NCBI GenBank assembly: GCA_019307065.1
Contig: JAFDKH010000161.1
Span: forward strand, 1 to 12,273
DNA length: 12,273 nt
Direction of reading: 5' to 3'
Origin: Deltaproteobacteria bacterium
GTDB taxonomy: Bacteria; Myxococcota; B64-G9
In this document: one piece after another, positions 7,983 through 12,273 of the stretch
How positions within the stretch are numbered: the first letter of the stretch is position 1
Layout of the letters: each line of letters begins with the position of its first letter
Program-made: the position numbers and the translations under genes
The notes under the pieces: generated by a model
The model's input: the letters and a program-made list of their open reading frames with translations, nothing else
The model's database searches: none
What the model was told of the DNA's origin: nothing

Positions 7983-8139
7983 CGGATCAACGATGCATGT
8001 TCGTATGTACGCCTTGAGATTACTGACATATTCCCTCAGACACCTCAAATTAGGGAAGGTTCTCGACGGTGACTGTAAACAAATACATGACCAAAGTCAC
8101 TTCGACGCAGTCTTCCGGAATAACAGGGTTTTGTGTTCA

Positions 8140-8901
8140 TCAGGCCCGGGCCACAATGATCTGGGTCAGGCTCGAACCATCGAAGGGGTCATTTTTAAAA
8201 GAGCCCAGTTTTTCGATGATTGTCATTTCCGCCAAACGCAACAGTCGGGCGATCTCGGCCGGAGTAAACATACGCAACCGCAGTCGGCAGCTAAAAGATG
8301 GTGAATCGATGTTTTGAGGCAGGTAGGTAAAGACAGTTTCGCTGATTCCGGTTTTTTGATCGTAGGTATGCCGCTCGCGTTGTTGGTAGGTGACTGAGCG
8401 GACTTTGATGTTTCGGACCGGCAAACCCTGTGGTTCACTGTATGCGGCCAGGACTTCTGCTTTGGGATTAGTGATATCGAAAATCAAACGGCCGTCTTCG
8501 GCCAGGTGTTCTCGAATGCACATCAGGCATGTCAGCACGTCATCTTCGGAATGCAAATGCATCAGGCCGTTGAGCGGGATAATAATCACCCGATAGCGGT
8601 GGGGCAGGGAAAAGCCGCGCATGTTGCCTTCGTAGAAATTGGCAAGCTCGCAAATAGGCTTGCCCAGGCTCATCGCCCGGCTACGCGCGAAATCGAGCAT
8701 GGCCGCCGAGCCGTCCAGACCGTCTACTGACAGACCGGCATCGGCCAGATGAAATAAAACCCGTCCGGTGCCGCAGCCGAGTACCAGGGCCGGGCCGCCC
8801 TGCTCTTTGGCTCGCTCGCGGTACCAGCCGGTATCGGCCGATAGAAATGCATACTCGGCATTGTAGCGTTCGGGATCTGAATAGTAATCGACTTCCTGCA
8901 T
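8140..8901 (-). CDS. Class I SAM-dependent methyltransferase (253 aa)
   Basis: Motif I PALVLGCGTGRVLFHLADAG is the GxGxG SAM-binding loop, followed by the acidic LDGS (motif II-like) and Rossmann-fold spacing. The ORF stops 8 nt after the preceding gene's end. Substrate cannot be assigned from sequence. Confidence 0.75.
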   Translation of the reverse strand: MQEVDYYSDPERYNAEYAFLSADTGWYRERAKEQGGPALVLGCGTGRVLFHLADAGLSVDGLDGSAAMLDFARSRAMSLGKPICELANFYEGNMRGFSLPHRYRVIIIPLNGLMHLHSEDDVLTCLMCIREHLAEDGRLIFDITNPKAEVLAAYSEPQGLPVRNIKVRSVTYQQRERHTYDQKTGISETVFTYLPQNIDSPSFSCRLRLRMFTPAEIARLLRLAEMTIIEKLGSFKNDPFDGSSLTQIIVARA

Positions 8902-8908
8902 TTGGTAC

Positions 8909-10060
8909 CTAAATCTCGGCGGTCATCAGATAAATGGCAAAAGACGCCAGCCAGTGCTCACCGCCGTAGCCGCTTTCGAACATCTGGCGCAAGGCTTCGT
9001 GACGGTGCAGCCGGGCAAGTTTTGTAAAAACCGCCCGGCGTAAATCTGTTTGCGGTAAAGCTATGGCAAGGCCCTCAAAGCACCAGGCCCGTTGCAGAGC
9101 CAGGCCGATCAAATGACCGATCTTGGGGTCTTCTAAGTCTTTTACTTCTACGGCTTTACGCAGCGGCGCGAACTGGTCCGAGTCTAGGGCCGGCAGGAAG
9201 TCGTCCAGCCATTTGATGAATTCGACCGGCGACAAAACCCGCCGCATCAGATCGGCCTCAGCCAGGCAGGGCGATATAAAATCTTCGCCGGATGGCTCGT
9301 ATGCGGTCGGACAGGCCCGATCGTCTTTGAAAAAATCCAGCGCGCGGCGCTCGATCGCGCGGCCGAGTTTTTGATTGCCGACGGCCCGGGCGTAATCCAG
9401 GGCATGCACCAGGGCGAAAGCCGTGTTCGAATGAGTGCCTTCCCGGACCGGGACACTCAGCTTGTCGAGATAGTCGGTGATACGGCCGGCTAAAAAATCG
9501 GCCAACGGTTTTAGGGCTGCGGCCCATTGCCTGGCGTCGGTGTCGTCGAAGGTGTGCAGTTCGCAGGCCAGGCGCAACAGCCAACCCCAGCCATAGGGCC
9601 TTTCGAAAGTACGATTGCGGTCGAGCTTGAAATAGGCCAGCTCGGCCTCGAGTTTTTCGGCAGTCAAGCGAGCGCCTAGTTTTTTACGAATGGCTTGGGC
9701 CTCGGGCAGATCGGGGAATGTTTTCAAGAGACGTATAAGCGCCCAGTGCCCGTGGACCGCCGAGTGCCAGTCGAAACAGCCATAAAAGGCCGGGCTCAGT
9801 TTTCTGGGGGGCAGCACGGTCTGATCGCCGTCCAATATATTCGAGGGCTTGTTGGGGTACTCGCGATCGATACAACCCAGTGACAGTCCGGCAAAGCGCG
9901 AGGCCAGTTTTTGATCGAGTTTCAATTCGCCTTTATCGGGCAAGCTATTTTGCAGCTGTTCGAGGCCGGCGGTTTTGGCGGCCGGTTTAGACGGCCTGCC
10001 CTGGCAAGCGCAGCCCAAGACCGTCAAAAACGATAAACCGAGCCAGGCGATTGATCTCAT
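8909..10060 (-). CDS. Conserved hypothetical lipoprotein, DUF2891-like (383 aa)
   Basis: N-terminus MRSIAWLGLSFLTVLGCAC has a lipobox (VLGC). The internal motif FYGCFDWHSAVHGHWALIRLL matches my memory of the DUF2891 (PF11199) signature, but I cannot verify that here. No convincing SD precedes the ATG. Confidence 0.6.
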   Translation of the reverse strand: MRSIAWLGLSFLTVLGCACQGRPSKPAAKTAGLEQLQNSLPDKGELKLDQKLASRFAGLSLGCIDREYPNKPSNILDGDQTVLPPRKLSPAFYGCFDWHSAVHGHWALIRLLKTFPDLPEAQAIRKKLGARLTAEKLEAELAYFKLDRNRTFERPYGWGWLLRLACELHTFDDTDARQWAAALKPLADFLAGRITDYLDKLSVPVREGTHSNTAFALVHALDYARAVGNQKLGRAIERRALDFFKDDRACPTAYEPSGEDFISPCLAEADLMRRVLSPVEFIKWLDDFLPALDSDQFAPLRKAVEVKDLEDPKIGHLIGLALQRAWCFEGLAIALPQTDLRRAVFTKLARLHRHEALRQMFESGYGGEHWLASFAIYLMTAEI

Positions 10061-10145
10061 ATTGCAATTGTTACTTGATCCTGTCGCGCTTGCAAGGCTT
10101 GCGTTTGTGGTGTTATTGTCTCCTTCGTTTCATAAAAATAAAACC

Positions 10146-10152
10146 AAGGAGG
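10146..10152 (+). promoter_or_regulatory. Shine-Dalgarno (AAGGAGG) for the SPFH gene
   Basis: AAACCAAGGAGGATAACCTCATG, with 8 nt to the ATG at 10161. Confidence 0.7.
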
Positions 10153-10160
10153 ATAACCTC

Positions 10161-10961
10161 ATGCAGACACGTACGAATAATATTTTGGCAATCGTGATTG
10201 TTGCAGCCGTGGCCCTTTCCTGGGCGAGCGGTTGTGCCAAGGTCGACGCCGGGACTGGCGGCGTTTTGTGGACGGCTTTTTCGGGCACCCAGGACGACAA
10301 CTTCGTCGAGGGCTGGTATTTCGTGGCTCCCTGGAACAAGATGTTTACTTACAACGTCCGTACCCAGGACAAGCCCGAGCAGCTGCACGTTCTGGCCAAC
10401 AACGGCCTGTCGATCGGCCTGGAAACTTCGGTGCGCTACCGGGCCGACCCGACGAAACTGTCCGAATTACACACAACCCTGGGGCCCGACTATTACAATG
10501 TGGTCATGGCCCCGGCCTTACGCTCGGAGGCCCGCAAAGTCGGCGGGCGCTACACGCCCGAAGAGATCTATTCGACCAAGCGGGCAGAGGTCGAAAAGGA
10601 GATCTTCGAAGAAGTCAAAAATTCGCTCGAGGGCCGGCCGATAATTCTAGAGGCTATCTTAGTGCGTAACGTGGATTTGCCCGACAAGCTCAAGCGCGCC
10701 ATCAACGACAAGCTCGAAGAAGAGCAGCGCGCCTTGAAAATGAGGTTCACTCTCAACCGGGCCACCGAGGAAGCCAAGCGCAAAGAGATCGAGGCCAAGG
10801 GTATCGCCGATAGAAACCGGATTATCACCGAGAGCATCACCGACAAGCTGCTGCGCTACGAGGGCATCCAGGCCACCGAGCGCCTGGCCATTTCGAATAA
10901 CGCAAAGATTGTAGTGATCGGCAGCGGCAAGGACGGCATGCCGTTGATTCTGGGTCAGTGA
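10161..10961 (+). CDS. SPFH/band-7 (prohibitin/HflK-C-like) domain lipoprotein (266 aa)
   Basis: Start chosen at ATG 10161 because of its perfect SD. The longer ORF from 9975 would overlap the divergent DUF2891 start and lacks an SD. N-terminus MQTRTNNILAIVIVAAVALSWASGC has a lipobox-like ASGC. The body has the band-7 pattern (...LEAILVRNVDLPDKLKRAINDKLEEEQRALKMRFTLNRATEEAKRKEIEAKGIADRNRIITESITDKLLRYEGIQATERLAISNNAKIVVIGSG...). Confidence 0.8.
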   Translation: MQTRTNNILAIVIVAAVALSWASGCAKVDAGTGGVLWTAFSGTQDDNFVEGWYFVAPWNKMFTYNVRTQDKPEQLHVLANNGLSIGLETSVRYRADPTKLSELHTTLGPDYYNVVMAPALRSEARKVGGRYTPEEIYSTKRAEVEKEIFEEVKNSLEGRPIILEAILVRNVDLPDKLKRAINDKLEEEQRALKMRFTLNRATEEAKRKEIEAKGIADRNRIITESITDKLLRYEGIQATERLAISNNAKIVVIGSGKDGMPLILGQ

Positions 10962-11362
10962 ACGGTTTCAGGGCACTAGCGCTTATTGTCAGCCTGATTG
11001 TTTTGGCCGGCTGCGGCGGCGAGACTGAGCCCGAGCCCGACACGACTGCGCCGGGCATCGAGTCTACTTCTCCGACCGACAACCAGACCGGCGTGGCCCC
11101 CGATTGCGATATGGTTATTCAGTTCGACGAGGCCATTGATCGCAACTCGATCAACTCGGACATATTCCACTTCAGCCTGGATGGCACGCCGCTTTACGGC
11201 AATGTCAGCTACGATCTCGAGAAGCACAAAGCTACCTTGTCAACCATGGCGGATCTGCAGGCCGGCCTGACTTACCAGGCCGTACTCGAGGCCGGCGTCA
11301 AGGACATGATCGGTAATCGCCGGACTGAAGTTTATCAGTGGTCTTTCACTGTGGCTGACTAG
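10958..11362 (+). CDS. Small Ig-like (Big_5/SbsA-type) lipoprotein, GTG start overlapping the SPFH stop (GTGA)
   Basis: VNGFRALALIVSLIVLAGCGG has the lipobox LAGC. The body (APDCDMVIQFDEAIDRNSINSDIFHFSLDGTPLYGNVSYDLEKHKATLSTMADLQAGLTYQAVLEAGVKDMIGNRRTEVYQWSFTVAD) matches the bacterial Ig-like Big_5 pattern (P..g...v....i.i.Fse.id..s......i.l...g..v.g.v.......t.tf.P...L..g..Y.v.v..g.kD..Gn......wsFtt). The 4-nt overlap implies translational coupling. Confidence 0.6.
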   Translation: MNGFRALALIVSLIVLAGCGGETEPEPDTTAPGIESTSPTDNQTGVAPDCDMVIQFDEAIDRNSINSDIFHFSLDGTPLYGNVSYDLEKHKATLSTMADLQAGLTYQAVLEAGVKDMIGNRRTEVYQWSFTVAD

Positions 11363-11364
11363 AG

Positions 11365-12273
11365 ATGAACCAGGTACGCAAATTTCGAATAGCAGTCTGT
11401 GGAGCCACCGGGGCCGTCGGGCGAGAGATGGTGAAAGTACTCGCCGAACGAGATTTCCCGGTGGCCAATCTGACCCTGTTGGCTTCCGAACGCTCGGCCG
11501 GCGAGCGGATGACTTTTGGCGGGCGCGAATTCTCAGTCGAGGTACTCAACAACCGGTCTTTCGCCGGCGTTGACCTGGCATTGTTTTCGGCCGGGGGCGC
11601 GGTCTCGAAAACCTATGCGCCTATAGCGGCCGAGGCCGGCTGCGTGGTGATCGACAACACCAGCGCCTTTAGAATGGACCCGGAAATTCCGTTGGTGGTT
11701 CCCGAGGTCAACCCGCAGGCGCTCGATGATTTTTCTAAAAAGAGCATCATAGCCAATCCCAACTGTTCGACGATCCAGCTGGTTGTGGTTCTCAAGCCAA
11801 TCGAAGATGCGGTCGGGCTCAAGCGGGTCGTGGTTTCGACTTATCAAGCGGTCAGCGGGGTCGGCAAGGCCGGGGTCAACGAGCTCGAGGCCCAGTGCCT
11901 GTCGCTTTTCAATATGCAGCCGCTGGTCTGCAACAAGTTTGAGCGCCAGATAGCTTTCAACTGCCTGCCGCATATCGGAGACTTCGCAGAAGACGGCTAC
12001 ACTTTTGAAGAACACAAGCTGATCGACGAAACCCGCAAAATTCTGGGCAAGCCCGGCTTGCGGGTCACGGCCACAACTGTCAGGGTGCCGGTCTTCTACA
12101 GTCACTCCGAGGCAGTCAATATTGAGACAGAAAAGAAGCTGAGCGCCGATCAGGCGCGTAAATTATTGGACAACGCTCCGGGTGTCAGGCTGATGGATTC
12201 GCCTGAAGAACTTGTCTATCCGACCGCCCTGGATGCGACCGGGGGCGACGACACCTTAGTCGGCCGGATCCGC
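11365..12273 (+). CDS. asd: Aspartate-semialdehyde dehydrogenase; 3' end lies outside the window
   Basis: Translation is MNQVRKFRIAVCGATGAVGREMVKVLAERDFPVANLTLLASERSAGE...SIIANPNCSTIQLVVVLKPI...VVVSTYQAVSGVGKAGVNELE...GGDDTLVGRIR. It shows the N-terminal NAD(P)-binding GxxGxxG, the active-site NPNCST Cys motif and the QAVSG and VGRIR motifs of Asd. It starts 2 nt after the upstream stop and is absent from the ORF track only because no stop falls in the window. Confidence 0.9.
   Translation, partial: MNQVRKFRIAVCGATGAVGREMVKVLAERDFPVANLTLLASERSAGERMTFGGREFSVEVLNNRSFAGVDLALFSAGGAVSKTYAPIAAEAGCVVIDNTSAFRMDPEIPLVVPEVNPQALDDFSKKSIIANPNCSTIQLVVVLKPIEDAVGLKRVVVSTYQAVSGVGKAGVNELEAQCLSLFNMQPLVCNKFERQIAFNCLPHIGDFAEDGYTFEEHKLIDETRKILGKPGLRVTATTVRVPVFYSHSEAVNIETEKKLSADQARKLLDNAPGVRLMDSPEELVYPTALDATGGDDTLVGRIR

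Noticed and set aside
7943-8029. Upstream extension of the giant ORF (MSVISRRTYEHASLIRIILRFCNQFKERI-) from the ATG at 8029
   Set aside because: No SD precedes it, it runs through the candidate -10 region, and the signal peptide only begins at the internal Met at 7942, which has AAGGAG 6 nt upstream.
8063-8107. Rho-independent terminator after the methyltransferase gene
   Set aside because: The GTGAC/GTCAC inverted repeat has a 22-nt loop and no following T-tract on the minus strand, so it is not a credible intrinsic terminator. It is kept only as a candidate protein-binding repeat (see findings).
9975-10160. N-terminal extension of the SPFH ORF (start at 9975)
   Set aside because: It would overlap the divergently oriented DUF2891 start region and has no SD. 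The internal ATG at 10161 has a perfect AAGGAGG SD, and the signal/lipobox sequence begins right there.
11533-12105. 190-aa minus-strand ORF
   Set aside because: It lies entirely antisense to the well-supported asd coding sequence, so it is a GC-bias artefact.
1-12273. Mobile elements, CRISPR arrays, tRNA/rRNA genes, toxin-antitoxin or restriction-modification systems
   Set aside because: I found no terminal inverted repeats, transposase or integrase motifs, regularly spaced direct repeats or tRNA-like cloverleaf sequences. The SAM methyltransferase lacks DNA-MTase target-recognition motifs (no DPPY/NPPY or PC-ENV) and has no adjacent nuclease, so an R-M assignment is not supported.

Overview
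This is a high-GC (~60%) window from a bacterium that looks diderm, given the OmpA-like domain, three lipoboxes and a periplasmic-type A2M protein. Most of the window (362..7942, minus strand) is one uninterrupted 2526-codon gene. It encodes a Sec-secreted protein that I read as an alpha-2-macroglobulin (A2M)-family protein without a thioester. The A2M motifs DRPAYRPGNPV, FNVSAYRLNPFDL, PDSITSWKV and GGWGWGQG are all visible in the translation. The core sits between a ~470-aa N-terminal TPR-like array and a ~300-aa C-terminal TPR-like array plus a carboxypeptidase-regulatory-like beta-sandwich and a charged tail. Where the protease-bait region should be there is a Gly/Arg-rich low-complexity insert, and there is no C-x-E-Q thioester motif. 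Upstream on the same strand are a class I SAM-dependent methyltransferase and a DUF2891-like lipoprotein. The flanking genes are an OmpA-like peptidoglycan-binding C-terminal fragment (5' partial, convergent), an SPFH/band-7 lipoprotein translationally coupled to a small Big_5 Ig-like lipoprotein, and the start of asd (3' partial). I found no mobile elements, CRISPR arrays, tRNAs or rRNAs. The large antisense ORFs inside the giant gene are high-GC artefacts. The giant TPR-A2M-TPR protein and its unusual gene context are the main point of interest.
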